Source: the human T2T-CHM13v2.0 reference genome, Homo sapiens. From it: a stretch of DNA of 64,000 bases. A program made the position numbers and the translations under genes. Position 1 is the stretch's first letter. Every line of letters begins with the position of its first letter. The DNA lies in assembly GCF_009914755.1 (NCBI RefSeq), contig NC_060938.1; one strand, 5' to 3'. Shown one piece after another: positions 14,875 to 30,949 of this stretch. Below the pieces are notes generated by a model. It searched no databases and was not told the DNA's origin. It was given only the letters and a program-made list of their open reading frames with translations.

Positions 14875-14970
14875 AGCATGGTACAATTGAAAGAACATGA
14901 GTTTTGGTTGAATCCTGAGCTCTGCTACTTATTAGCTGTGTGACTGAATCTGTCTCCTTGTTCATTGAAT
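14875..14970 (+). mobile_element. MIR fragment
   Basis: ttgaatcctgagctctgctacttattagctgtgtgac matches the MIR core. Confidence 0.65.
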
Positions 14971-15599
14971 CACACCATGCCATCTCCTTAGGGACATTAT
15001 CTGTCAATCTAGCTGGGCTTATATGGATTGTGTTCTATTTGGAAGGTGCTCTATAAGCTTTGTCACCCTGGAATGAGACTCAAGAGATCACTCTTATTTG
15101 GTTGGTTGTTTGTTACCATAAGTAATATGTTTAAAGAAATTGAGTTCTGTATAGATGCTCTACAAATATACAAATTATTAATAGTGGGGTAAAACAAAAC
15201 TTGAACAATGGCAAAAATAACTCCTTCCACTTAGCTGTTGAAGATTGCTGAAGAAATGTAGCAAAATTACAACAAATCCATCTTAAGGCAATTTATTTAG
15301 AATAGAGACATGCATGGGAGAGTTCCCCCAGGGTGGAAGTGAACAGGTGCATCACCAAGTATCAGTCATTTGAAAGTGAGTTAGCTGTCATGGAGTTGAA
15401 TCCCGGGGTTTCTTGTTCAATGTCTTTGCATTGAATGTCTGAAGGTGCTCTATTAGTGAAATAAGAAAAAAGTGATTAGGATTTATATGTGTTTCCTTAA
15501 ATTAGTCTGATTTTAAATAACAGACTTTTTTTTTTTGTTTTTTTTAAACCTGAAATGAACTCAATTTATACAGTATATGAGATCAACTGTCTTTCTCTG

Positions 15600-15790
15600 G
15601 GAAATGAATGGACTTGCAGTCAGAAGCTTTGAATTTTAACAATATTCTGCTCCTATCACTTGTGACCTTGGGCATGTTAATTAAACTTCCAGAATATCAT
15701 CTGCCTCATCTAAAATGTGAATTACAAAAGAGATTAACTTCTCAAAACAGCTTCTTGCTCAGAGAGTAGATGAAGCACAGTGTAATATTT
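15600..15790 (+). mobile_element. MIR fragment
   Basis: tgtgaccttgggcatgttaattaaacttc...ctcatctaaaatg matches the MIR core. Confidence 0.65.
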
Positions 15791-15894
15791 AGATTATTTG
15801 CTATCTTGATGGTGAAACAGCTAATTGAAATTTGGGGAGACAGTCACAGTCGGGTACAATTGTTGATCTCAAGAGTAAACGTGGACAGTATAGT

Positions 15895-16382
15895 TGTTTG
15901 TAGAATAATGAACCCACTGCAAATGCCCAATTCCTAATCCCCAGAATCTGTCAATATGCTACCTTACTTTGGGCTTTGTTGAGGTAATCACATTAGGGTT
16001 CTGAGATGGGGAGATTATCTTGAATTATCCAAGTGAGCTCAATGTCATCACTTGGGTCCTTAAAAGTGGAAGAGGGAGCCAGAAGAAATCAGAGTGATGC
16101 AAAATGAAAAGAAATCAATCTGCCATGGCTAGCTTGATTATAGACGGAAAAAGGAGATCTTGAGCTAAGGAATGTCAGTGGCCTCTAGAACTTGAAAATG
16201 CAAGGAAATAGGTCTCCCCTGTAACCTACAAAAAGGAATACAGCACAGCTGACATCTTAATTTTAGTCCAGTGAAGCCAGGTCATGCTTTTAACCTACAA
16301 AACCATAAAAAAGTAAAGTTGTGTTGTTTTAAGACATTGAGTTTATGGCAATTTGTTACAGCAAAAATTGAAAACTAATACA
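15895..16382 (+). mobile_element. Solo MaLR LTR, MLT1D-like
   Basis: Contains cctaatccccagaatctgt and gagatggggagattatc; ends tttgttacagcaaaaattgaaaactaataca. Confidence 0.85.
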
Positions 16383-17029
16383 AGGCCTAACATGGTGACT
16401 AGCATACAGAAGCATCTCTATGATTGAAGGAAGGTTTGGATTTGTTGGGTAAATGAATGAATGAATGAATCAGTATGATAAACATCCATATGGAGCTTTT
16501 TGAGGAAAATGGCTAAATGGACCAAGAGCTTTTCACTTTCATGCTTCTTATGCATCCTTTACATTTACAATCAAGATTCTCTTCTTTGGGAAGGGTACCT
16601 CGCCCTTAAGAGCCCACCTCTCTGCCTATCAGCACGTATGCATGCTTGCCATAGCAGACATGCTGTGATGCAAATACTAGAGTACGAAGCCATCTTCCTA
16701 GAATGGAAGTTGTTGGAGAGAAGGATTTTGTCATCTTCATTTCTCTCTCCCAGTGCTCAGCCCAGACTCCAGCCCAAGTCAGAATGTAATAGATAATGGG
16801 TGAAAGAATGAATGGAATGAAGGATGGAAACTGGGAAATGACTGAGGGCTCCATTTGTTCAGGTTTGATCAAATACCTTTGAAAATTGAAGCATATTTGA
16901 GTACTAAGGTGCTAGGAAGTTTTGAAGAATGCCAAATCCTCAGTGCCTGCTTCTCCAAGTCTGAAGTCTTTGATAAAGCTACTTCTTCCGTTTTTGAACA
17001 TGTTTGTATTAGTTGTAGTGTGCTAAATT

Positions 17030-17600
17030 CTGTAAAAAAACAATGCCAACATCTTTGTGCCAGCTTCACACACAGAAAAATTGTTTCTGGTTCACAAAGG
17101 TTTTTAAGTGGTGTGAGTGGTATTGGTGGTGATGATAGGAATGTAGCTTCTCTCAGACAATCACATTCATAGGCAGTAGCTGAAAGAGGCTGTCTCTTCA
17201 TTGCATTAGTTCTCTGGTTTTCCTGGCCATCTATGAATAGTCAAAAATCAGGGAATATAATGAGAGCATTCATACATGCTCTTAACTACACTGGACCAGA
17301 AAAAGATACTACATCCACTCACATATCATTATAGAGTGCCAAGATCATGCCCCACCAAAATGCAAGGGGTTGGGAAATGTATTTTAGCTTTATGCAAAGG
17401 AGAAAAACAGGCTTTGTGAACATTTTGCCAATTTCTTATTTAGTGTTCCTCCAAAACCACTTTAGTTTTCTGTCCATGTGTAGGAAACAGTAATTTCATC
17501 CCCTGGGGAGAAAACCTAATGTCTAATGTAAGGTCCGATGTACTCAAAATCCAGGCTCTTCAGGATTTGAAAATAGTGTTCTCCAGTTGTTCCGATTAGA
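17030..17600 (-). mobile_element. Old MaLR LTR (MLT1J/K/L-like) plus adjacent internal remnant
   Basis: catgccccaccaaaatgcaaggggttgggaaatgtattttagct resembles the antisense old-MLT1 LTR; boundaries are fuzzy. Confidence 0.55.
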
Positions 17601-18279
17601 GTTCCCTATTATCTTGCCTTTAATTTAGCTATATCTAATCTATCAATCAATCTAGCTAGACAGCTACCTCTCAAAAAAAAAAAAAAAAACTATCTGTATC
17701 GAGCAGTACTCTTGGCTACATGGAATTTATCTCCAATGATCAATAATGCAAGTGTCTTACAAAAGCATCTATGGTGCTTACTTCTTTTTCGTCTACACAT
17801 CACGTAGGCATGAGGTCATCAGTGTGTTAGACCAGCATGACATGATGATATTTACTGTGATGATCAAGATCTCTGTGGCTCCAGCATGGTGCAAATTGGG
17901 AAAATTGATCTCAGAGACACAGCAGACAAGAGCTGTCTTATAGGAGATGAAAATTAAAAACAATAAAAACTCTGCTTGTCATGTTTTCTATTTATTGAAA
18001 TAGAGATAAAAAAAGTCTCTATGCAAATATGAATACAGGTATCAAGTATTTTATATCATTTATGACAACATCCAAGATCGTGGCTGCAATTAGAATTACT
18101 ACTTGGTTAAGTTTATGGTAATCTGTTGCCGTTTTAAAAAGTCTTGTTCATTGGCCAAATTGGATGATTGATTGATAGATTAGATATAGCTTAATAAAAG
18201 ATTAAATGTATATATTTATGCAGATAAAGATATACGTAGGTATATATTTGTTGCAGTAAATAAACTTACAAATAAAACA

Positions 18280-19925
18280 TATTTTATTTCAAGGAGTGAG
18301 AGCTTAGAAACAGATAAGTAGCATTTATATTCAGGATAATATTACAGATGAATTTTTTATATTAAATAAAAAAACTAGCCAGCAATTCAACAGTGTTGAC
18401 AGGCACAATCAGCAAGGGATAATATCTAGACATCAACAAAAGAGTTTTGAAACTTTGAAAACAAAGATATTATCTTATGAGCTGCCAGAAAGCAAGAAGT
18501 GATGAATTTTGAAGATAAATAATTTTGAATTTCAATACCAAGCCGCTGTTGAAAGAAGAATGTGGGAGAAGTTGAATAAAGATAATTGAATTTATGTCAA
18601 TATAACTTGGTCAAAATGATTTTTACTTTAAAGGCAGAAAGTGAATGAATTTGAAATTTAGAGACCAAAATAATTTGTCAGTTGGTAATCTCTATTGCAA
18701 GGTTTAAAGCAAGAGATTTAGAACTTAAAGAGCAATATAAGTTTAGGGAATACAGTTGGTTTAAATGTTAATATAGGTTTAGTTTTGTTAAGCAAAATAC
18801 AGTAATAAAAATAAGGCAATATAGCGCAACATGTAAAATATTTTTCAAAACATTTGTAACCAAGATATAATAGAAAAATTTATATAAGGATTATGAAGCA
18901 GTATTAAGCTAGTTCCTAAATTTTCTTTAGCAAAAATTAAAAGATTTACTCAGAAAATAGTAATTGAAGAAATAAAACAAAAAAAATTATCAAAAGTTAC
19001 TTAAAAACTATTTGCTAAAGTATTTGAGAATATGAGGATGCTTTGTAGTATATTTTAAGAAGTGTAATGCAAAAAATAATTTGAGAAATTAAAAAAATTA
19101 CTGCAAATTTATATAACAATTTCTATGTATATGTATATTCCATCAGCTTCTGGACTTATGTAATTATTCTAGTTGGGAGGAAATAATCTGATCTCATTAA
19201 ATACCAAATACATTTATAAAAAAATAAGAATAGTGAAAGGTAAATTTCCAAAATTGTTGAGGATTATACACACACACACATGCACATATATATATGTGTA
19301 TACATGTGTATCCATATATACACACACACATACACATGTCTGTATGTGTGTATGTGTGTGTGTATATATGGATACACATGCATACAGTCATATATGCATA
19401 CATATAAATTATATATGCATATATGTGTGTATGTATGAGTATGTAAGGTTAAATGTAAGTGTGCATATATAAGGGTAAATATACCTTATAGAAACATAAG
19501 TGGTGACAGACTAGATTCAGAAAACAAAATTCACATAACTTTGTTTATAAGAGGAAGACACAAATATACTAGAAACAAAATAATAATATAGGATTTACAA
19601 GGCTTGTATGGGGATAACAGAAATGCATGCATTCCTAACCATGGAATCAGATAATACATATATAATAGAAAAATTAACTTAAAGAATGTAAAATCATTCT
19701 AAAGAATATATAACATACAGTAAGAACTAACAAAAACACTAACAAGGAATGTATATATCTCAAGCAATATAGCACTGAAATATCTTGAGGAAATTGTTAG
19801 TAAAGCAAGTAGAATTACTTCTAGATACAATTGCAATTCCAAATTCTAATTTCTAATTAATTTATTTACCTAGATTATTAGACCAATATATCAAGAAAAA
19901 TGTAATAGAGTAAGTGAGTCTGGAC
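18280..19925 (+). mobile_element. Very old L1M: ORF1-like region and ORF2 endonuclease remnant
   Basis: cagactagattcagaaaacaaaattcacataactttgtttataagagg resembles the DWIKKQ..ICCLQE region; aatgtatatatctcaagcaatatagcactgaaata resembles NVYAPN. Confidence 0.55.
19266..19470. repeat. Low-complexity (CA)/(TA)/(TG) tract containing a perfect inverted repeat
   Basis: Alternating Y-R sequence; 34-bp arms 19303-19336 and 19347-19380 are exact reverse complements. Confidence 0.92.
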
Positions 19926-19932
19926 TCCAACA

Positions 19933-20495
19933 ATGTATTGACCAGTGAACTCATAATAACATTATGTTAAGGAAGGAGAAATGTGGCTGGATATAATAAA
20001 ATAAATTGGGTTTATAAGTGATTGAACAACTGAAACCAAGGGTCTTTGATTAAGAGATTAATATAAAAATTAAGGGAAATTTCAAGAGACATTCCCGGAA
20101 CACTTTTTTCCTGCCTTCCTCTATGCAACATTTCAAATAATAATTTGGAAGAGTGTATGCTTATCAAATTTGAAAATGATAGAATCAAACTGCCAAACCC
20201 ATTCATTTGTACTTCTATTTATTCATCTATTCAACATGGTTTAATGATTACTATTTGATGGAATCACTAAACTGGATGAGTGTAAACCTATCAAGATGAA
20301 GTTTAGTAAAATTCTCAATATGCTATTTCACTTAGGAATGTAAATTCAAATATATAACTATAGAACTTGTGAAAATGACTTTGAAGCCTATCTGAATGAA
20401 ATGTTAAATGTTGTAAGTGATAATAAACTCAATGTCAACCAACTGTGTCTATATATATCAAGAAACCTAATGTGAGCATAGGCTGCATAGATCAC
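19933..20495 (+). mobile_element. L3/CR1 LINE fragment (RT region)
   Basis: ggagaaatgtggctggat...gattgaacaactg, atgcttatcaaatttgaaaatgat (decayed IKFADD), and aaactcaatgtcaaccaactgtgt...taggctgcat follow the L3 order. Confidence 0.75.
20199..20270 (-). mobile_element. L2 3' tail within the L3
   Basis: cattcatt...ttcatctattcaacatggtttaatgattactat resembles the antisense L2 terminus. Confidence 0.5.
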
Positions 20496-21639
20496 TATGA
20501 GGAAAAGACTCATTTTGTGGGCAAATAAAGTCTAAGAATAATCAAGAAACATAGTGAAATGCTGTAAAAGTTGCTAAAATAATTTTTTTAAAGTATGTTT
20601 CAATGGATTCTCTATAGAATGGCTACAGATGCGTAAAGTATATTCTTTGGATTCTATAAGCAGTTTCAAATATATGCGTGTGTATACATGTATATATAAA
20701 TTGTTAGAAAAACAGCCAAAATAGCCCTGAAAAAGGAGATTCAAATGTAATTTATGAATTTTGATAAAGTTAAACAGAATTCAATGCATTATTACTCTGA
20801 ATGATTAAGTAATTTTAGTGAAGAAAGGCAAGACATGTTTAGTTCATACACATTTCTTGCTTTACAATCAAGGAAAATAAATGTTTTAATATGACTTATT
20901 ATTATTATTACCATTCTGTAAGTTTATAGGTTGAACTCTATCAACCTGGCTGTAAGAAATTCAGTCATATTGTGGGTGAATCTCCCCTGTAGAGTTTGTG
21001 AAGGAGGAAAAGGTTATAAGTTGTTTAAAAAACATTTAGAGAAGTGTTTTCCAGGTTGCAGTCATTCCTCATTATGTCTTATAGGCTCACTGCCTAAACA
21101 TTCATATTTCCTTTAAGGTCTGTGGTTTCATTGCTTCTTTGCCAAGTTTATGTGAGGATTTTGCAATGGCTTCCAAGATCTCAATTTTAATGATCTGGCC
21201 TCTACTTTCTTCCCTATCAAATTGCCTGTCACTCTTAAACACTATGTATTGGAGCAGGGAATGAGTCTCCACCATTTAATAAGCTATCTCTGAATTTATG
21301 TCTTTTACTTACCTTGAGAAAATTTAGACAAGAACTCTGTCCCTAAATCTACCACTTTCTACCCTTAAAGTCCTCTATTCTTGGACAGTTTGGCACCATC
21401 GTTTCTACAAGCGTGTCTTTCAAAAAGAGAAAGGTATCATGTGGCATTTTACTTCTTGGTGCTTGAAGTTTTTCCTTCTGGATCTGTCGCTCTTCAGCTT
21501 TTATCAATAGCCACCCCTATCCCCAAGTTTTTAGAGAAGAAACTCAAAGACTTGACTTAGTAGCCTTCTTAGACTAGTAGTGAAAAAACTATCAATATCA
21601 AAGTGGTCTTTAATAAAACAATAAGGGCTCAATATAAAA

Positions 21640-22149
21640 TGTAGACATGTGATGATAACCTTCAAGAAATTATTAACCTAATATGCCATATAAGAGGTAC
21701 ACATTTCATAGGTATTATGCTATCCATTTAACTATCATTTAGTAACATTTTACATCAGTATATGGTAAAATATTATAAGAACCCACGTTATTTCTAAAGA
21801 TGTATAAAACAAAAATATACATTAATATAATAAATCACTATCCATCATTCTAGATAATAAACAAGAACCTGTTATTCTTCAAAACAAGATATTGATTAGC
21901 ATACAGACTGCCATTCTTTCTATTTAATATCACAATGGAAAAATCAAGCAATATCTCTAATGGAAAAACATATAAGAAATACAGCAATAGGAGACAAAGG
22001 AATGAAAATAGCACATCTTACAGATGAGGACTCTACAGAGGAATATTAGGAAAATAAAAAAATTAATAGAGAAAAATGTAAAATTAACCAAATACATTGT
22101 ATAAGTAATGTTTCTACAGAAAAATGATGGAAACAGTAGCAAAGATATT
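21640..22149 (+). mobile_element. Very old L1M ORF2 (RT region) remnant
   Basis: ccattctttctatttaatatcacaatggaaa resembles PLLFNIVLE; resumes after 28833. Confidence 0.55.
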
Positions 22150-22760
22150 TGTATTAGTTTCCTGTGGCTACTGTAACAAATTTCTAGAAACTTAGTGGCT
22201 TAAAGCAACAGGTAAACTTCCTTTATGACTGTGGAAGCCAGATGTCCAAAATCAGTATCACTGGACCTAAGTCAAGGTATCAGCAGAATTTCACTCCCTC
22301 CACAGTCTGTAGTGGTGAATCTTTTCTTTGCCTCCTGTAGCTTCTGATAACTGCTGGCATTTCTTGGCTTGTGGATGAATCACTCCAATAATCTGTCTTC
22401 GTGGTCACACTGCCTTCTCTTCTTCTAGCTTAGTAGTAAATTCTCCATTTGTGGCCCTCTTATAAGGACAAATGTGATTGCATGGATTGCCCTCCTGAGA
22501 ATCCAGGGTAATCTCATCTCAAAATTCTAAATTATTTCTTTTAATTTTTATTTTTTATTATATTTAAGTTCTAGGGTACATGTGCACAACATGTAGATTT
22601 GATACATAGGTATACATGTGCCATGTTGGTTTGCTGCACCCATCAACTCATCATTTACATTAGGTATTTCTCCTAATGCTATCCCTCCCCCAGGCCCCTA
22701 CCCTGCCAACAGGCCCTGATGTGTGACGTTCCCCACCCTGTTTCCAAGTGATCTCATTGT

Positions 22761-26584
<3,824 letters not shown>

Positions 26585-26647
26585 TATGATGTTAGCTGGT
26601 TATTTTGCCTGTTAGTTGATGCAGTCTCTTCCTAGCATCGATGGTCT

Positions 26648-27672
26648 TTACAGTTTGGCATGTTTTTGCAGTGGCTCTTACTGGTTTTTCCTTTCCCTGT
26701 TTAGTGCTTCCTTAAGGAGCTCTTGTAAGGAAGGCCTCTTGGTGACAAAATCTATCAGCATTTGCTTGTCTGTAAACTATTTTATTTCTCCTTCACTTAT
26801 GAAGCTTAGCTTGGCTGGATATGAAATTCTGGATTGAAAATTATTTTCTTTAAGAATGTTGAATATCGGCCCCCACTCTCTTCTGGCTTTAGAGTTTTTG
26901 CCAAGAGATCCGCTGTTAGTCTGATGTGCTTCCCTTTGTGGGTAACCCGACCTTTCTCTCTGGCTGCCCTTAACATTTTTTCCTTCATTTCAACCTTGGT
27001 GAATCTGGCAATTATGTGTCTTGGGATTGCTCTTCTCAAGGAGTACCTTTGCGGTGTTCTCTGTATTTCTTGAATTTGAATGTTGGCCTGCCTTGCTAGC
27101 TTGGAGAAGTTCTCCTGGATTATATCCTGAAGAGTGTTTTCCAGCTTGGTTCTATTCTGCCTGTCACTTTATGGTACACCAATCAAACATAGATTTGGTC
27201 TTTTCACGTAGTCCCATATTTCTTGGAGGCTTTTTTCATGCCTTTTAACTCTTTTTTCTCTAAACTTCTCTTCTTGCTTCATTCCATTAATTTGATCTTC
27301 AATCACTGATACCCTTTCTTCCACTTGATCAAATTGGCTCCTGAAGCTTGTGCATGTGTCATGTAGTTCTCGTGCCATGGTTTTCAGCTCCATCAGGTCA
27401 TTTAACGTCTTCTCTACACTGTTTATTCTAGTTAGCCATTTGTCTAATCTTATTTCAAGGTTATTAGCTTCTTTGCAATGGGTTCAAACATCCTCCTTTA
27501 ACTCAGAGAAATTCGTGATTACCAACCTTTTGAAGCCTACTTCTGTCAAGTTGTCAAAGTCATTCTCCATCCAGCTTTGTTCCGTTGCTGGCAAGGAGCT
27601 GCGATCCTTTGGAGGAAAAGAGGTGCTCTGCTTTTTAGAATTTTCAGCTTTTCTGCTCTGGTTTCTCCCCAT
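26648..27672 (-). pseudogene. L1 ORF1 (RNA-binding chaperone), disrupted
   Basis: Starts MGRNQSRKAENSK, has a premature TGA at 27484-27486, and later fragments SLQEIWDYVKRPNL and PRHIIARFTKVEMKEKMLRAAREK. Confidence 0.95.
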
Positions 27673-28709
27673 CTTTGTGGTTTTATCTACCTTTACTCTT
27701 TGATTATGGCGACCTACAGATGGGATTTCGGCGTGGATGTCCTTTTTGTTGATGTTGATGCTATTTCTTTCTGTTTGTTAGTTTTCCTTCTAACACTCAG
27801 GTCTCTCAGCTGCAGGTCTGTTGGAGTTTGCTGGAGGTCCACTCCAGACCCTGTTTACCTGGGTATCGCCAGTGGAGGCTGCAGAACAGCAAATATTGCA
27901 GAACAGCAAATACTGCTGTCCGATCCCCTCTGGAAGCTTTGTCTCAGAGGGGCACTTGGCTGTACGAGGTGTCAGTCAGCCCCTACTGGGAGGTGTCTCC
28001 CAGTTAGGCTACATGGGGGTCAGGGACCCACTTGTGGAGGCAGTCTGTCCATTCTCAGTGCTCAAACACTGTGCTGGGAGAACCACTGCTCTCTTCAGAG
28101 CTGTCAGACAGGGACGTTTAAGTCTGCCGAAGTTTCTGCTGCCTTTTGTTCAACTATGCCCTGCCCCCAGAGGTGGAATCCACAGAGGCAGGCAGGCCTC
28201 CTTCAGCTGTGGTGGACTCCACCCAGTTCGAGCTTCCTAGCTGCTTTGTTTACCTACTCAAGCCTCAGCAATGGTGGACGCCCTCCCCGAGCCAGGCTGG
28301 CACCTCACAGTTCTGTCTCCAACTGTTGCACTAGCAGTGAGCAAGGCTCAATGGGCGTTGGACCTGCTGAGCCAGGCATGGGATATAATCTCCTGGTGTG
28401 CCACTTTCTAAGACCGTTGGAAAAGTGCAGTAATTGGGTGGCAGTGTCCCAATTTTCCTGGTACAGTCTGTCACACCGTTCCTTGGCTAGGAAAGGGAAA
28501 TCCCCCAACCCCTTGTGCTTCCCGGGTGAGGCGATGCCCCGCGCTGCTTTGGCTCACCCTCCATGTGCTGCACCCACTGTCCAACTAGTACCAATGAGAT
28601 GAACCAGGTACCTCAGTTGGAAATGCAGAAATCACCCATCTTCTGTGTTGATCACACTGGGAGCTGCAGACTGGAGCTGTTCCTTTTCGGCCACCTTGGA
28701 ACAGACCTC
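27673..28709 (-). promoter_or_regulatory. L1 5'UTR containing the sense and antisense promoter regions
   Basis: GC-richer segment of about 1 kb upstream of ORF1, ending gttccaaggtggccgaaaaggaacagctccag on the - strand. Promoter activity of this copy is unknown. Confidence 0.8.
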
Positions 28710-28833
28710 CAAAATTCTAAGTTTAATCATATTTGTAATGTCCTTTTTGTTGTTGTTGTTCTTACCTAAGGTAACATTCAGCGACTCCAGGGATTACAAT
28801 GTCATGGGCTATTAATCAGCCTACCAAAATATT

Positions 28834-29340
28834 CATCTACCAAAAGAACATAATTACCAAGCTGAAGTATTAATTCAATTAGAAACGCATAATTCATTTG
28901 TGAAATTCCTTGGTTGGCAGTTAGATAAATAGAGAAAAAATAAATAATTAAATAGATCTATTCTGGTTTTTTTTTTTGAGTGAGTGACTGATAATTAAAG
29001 TCTTCATGGAATATTTTATAGAACTTGCCAAATTATTAGAAAAATTAAAATAAGAACATATTAATTTAATCTATGATTAACATTTTAAAATTAATGATGA
29101 CAAATTTACCATGCAAGTTTTTCAAATATATTAACATTTTTAATGATCAAAATCTTTTGGCATAATAGTAAAAACCGTAAAAAGTGACCAGTGGAAAGAA
29201 AATTAAAATAATTGACAACGTAAGTCCTAACTATGATCAAAAAGGAATACAGAAAATAGTAAAACATTTTCTTATTGGCTTTAATTCTAAGTTTAAAGAT
29301 GAATTAATGTATCTTCTTCTTCATTCCATATGTTGAAATA
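28834..29340 (+). mobile_element. Old L1M ORF2 remnant (continuation)
   Basis: ggaatattttatagaacttgccaaattatt resembles FFxELDKLI. Confidence 0.5.
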
Positions 29341-29512
29341 AGCTGCAAGGAATACACTTAAATGGAATCAATTTGTAAAATTAAGGATGGCAACAGAATG
29401 TAATGTTCTTTTCAAATCTTAAGAAGATTAATCAATAATGACTGTCATGATAACACTAAAAGTATAATGTATGGTTGTATAGTATGTCATTCATAAAGTT
29501 TCCCAATAAAAT

Positions 29513-30091
29513 TGTGCCAGGGAGAATTTTGGATGCAAGTAATAGAAAACCTTGCCTAGGGTGTCTTAAGCAATAACAACAGTTAATTATCTTAAATAAA
29601 AGGAAGCCTGGAGGTTGGCAATACAGGGTTAGTACAGCTCAATATTTTTACCAAGAGCATTTTTCTACTCCAGTGTCTGCAGCTTGTTGCTTTTTTGATC
29701 ACAGGCATATTGAAATATGGTTTCCAGATGGCTGCAACACCTCCAGACATCATGACTTCATTCAAAGCCAATAATCATAGGAGATGTTGATAAAAATGGG
29801 TTTTTCCACAAGTTATTATTTTTCCTTTTTGTTTTTTCCAGCAAATGAAAGAAACAATTCCCTGAAGACTTTTCAGGAAACTTGATTGTAGACTCAATGG
29901 CAAGAAATAAGTGATATGGCCACAGCTAGCTGCAAAAGTCTGGCAAAGAAAGATGAAGTCTATATGCTTAGATAGTCATTATTTATCTTTGGGATTGAGC
30001 ACGTAATTCTTCTAAACGCAATTAGTGTATGTTAGCCAGGAAAAAATGAGTAGAATGGCTATTGGTTAAGAACTGAAATGTGTGTGGCAGA
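29513..30091 (-). mobile_element. Old MaLR LTR, MLT1K/L-like
   Basis: Contains ggatgcaagtaatagaaaacc, agatggctgcaacacctccagacatca and tggccacagctagctgcaa. Confidence 0.72.
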
Positions 30092-30228
30092 AATCTATTA
30101 CATTAATGCAGTACACAGGGGATATTATATGATGATAGAATAATATATCAAAATGTGGATACAAACAAACTATATAATGCTAAAATGCACTTACTAAATA
30201 AATGAAGGTAAATTAAAATGGTGCTCAA

Positions 30229-30360
30229 CATTCATTCATTTATTCATTCATTTGATGATTAATTACTGTTTACTATATATCAGTTATTATGCTAAATCCT
30301 CAGTGTATATTGTATTGTCAATGAAATGGTCTCTGCCCTACAGAAGCTGAAATTGAATGG
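30229..30360 (-). mobile_element. L2 3' end
   Basis: (CATT)n tail followed by tggtctctgccctacagaagct. Confidence 0.7.
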
Positions 30361-30949
30361 TTGCCCCAGTAAAAATTGAATAAACTCTAGGAAATCTAGA
30401 ATACTTTTATGTCTCTGGTGGCATTTAAAACAGAATCAGTCTCCTTGGAGATCAATCCTCAAACTTTTAATGGCGTGTGTAAAACTAGAAGGTCAATTCT
30501 ATGAACATATTTCAATCTTTCAAAATTGTATACGATCATTTAATGAACAATTAGAAGCAACCAGGTATCTAATAGCAAGTGCATGGCTTATTCAACCATA
30601 CTTTTCAATGCATTAAAATTCAAAAAGGGCATTAAAAGGTATGGTTTTGGACTATAAGCTTATATAGAAATTTGTAGGTGAAATAACAACATGAAAAGAA
30701 GATAAAAACAATATATTGAAACTGACTACAATCTTACTGATCACAGGTCTGAGTACAAGTTTTTACTACTTACATCATATCTCCTCTTATGGACCATCAT
30801 CAATACCTAATCTGGAAAATTTCCCCTGCTCCTTGTCATATATTCAAAATTAATAGATATTTTTTCTCTTAACACTAATAAGTTTTTAATTACTTCCTAT
30901 CTTATCTGTTATCACAATGAATCAAATTAGTTAGGTATGCTTATGTATC

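Noticed and set aside
16500-17201. Cluster of overlapping 88-110 aa ORFs on both strands
   Set aside because: No recognisable domain, several use non-ATG starts, and they partly overlap a decayed LTR. This is consistent with chance.
19173-19472. 99-aa ORF rich in H/T/Y/I/C/V
   Set aside because: Artefact of dinucleotide repeats that lack stop codons; the same applies to ORFs at 4130, 9809, 35669 and 55004.
27881-27915. Tandem GCAGAACAGCAAATA duplication in the L1 5'UTR
   Set aside because: Appears to be a subfamily consensus feature rather than locus-specific.
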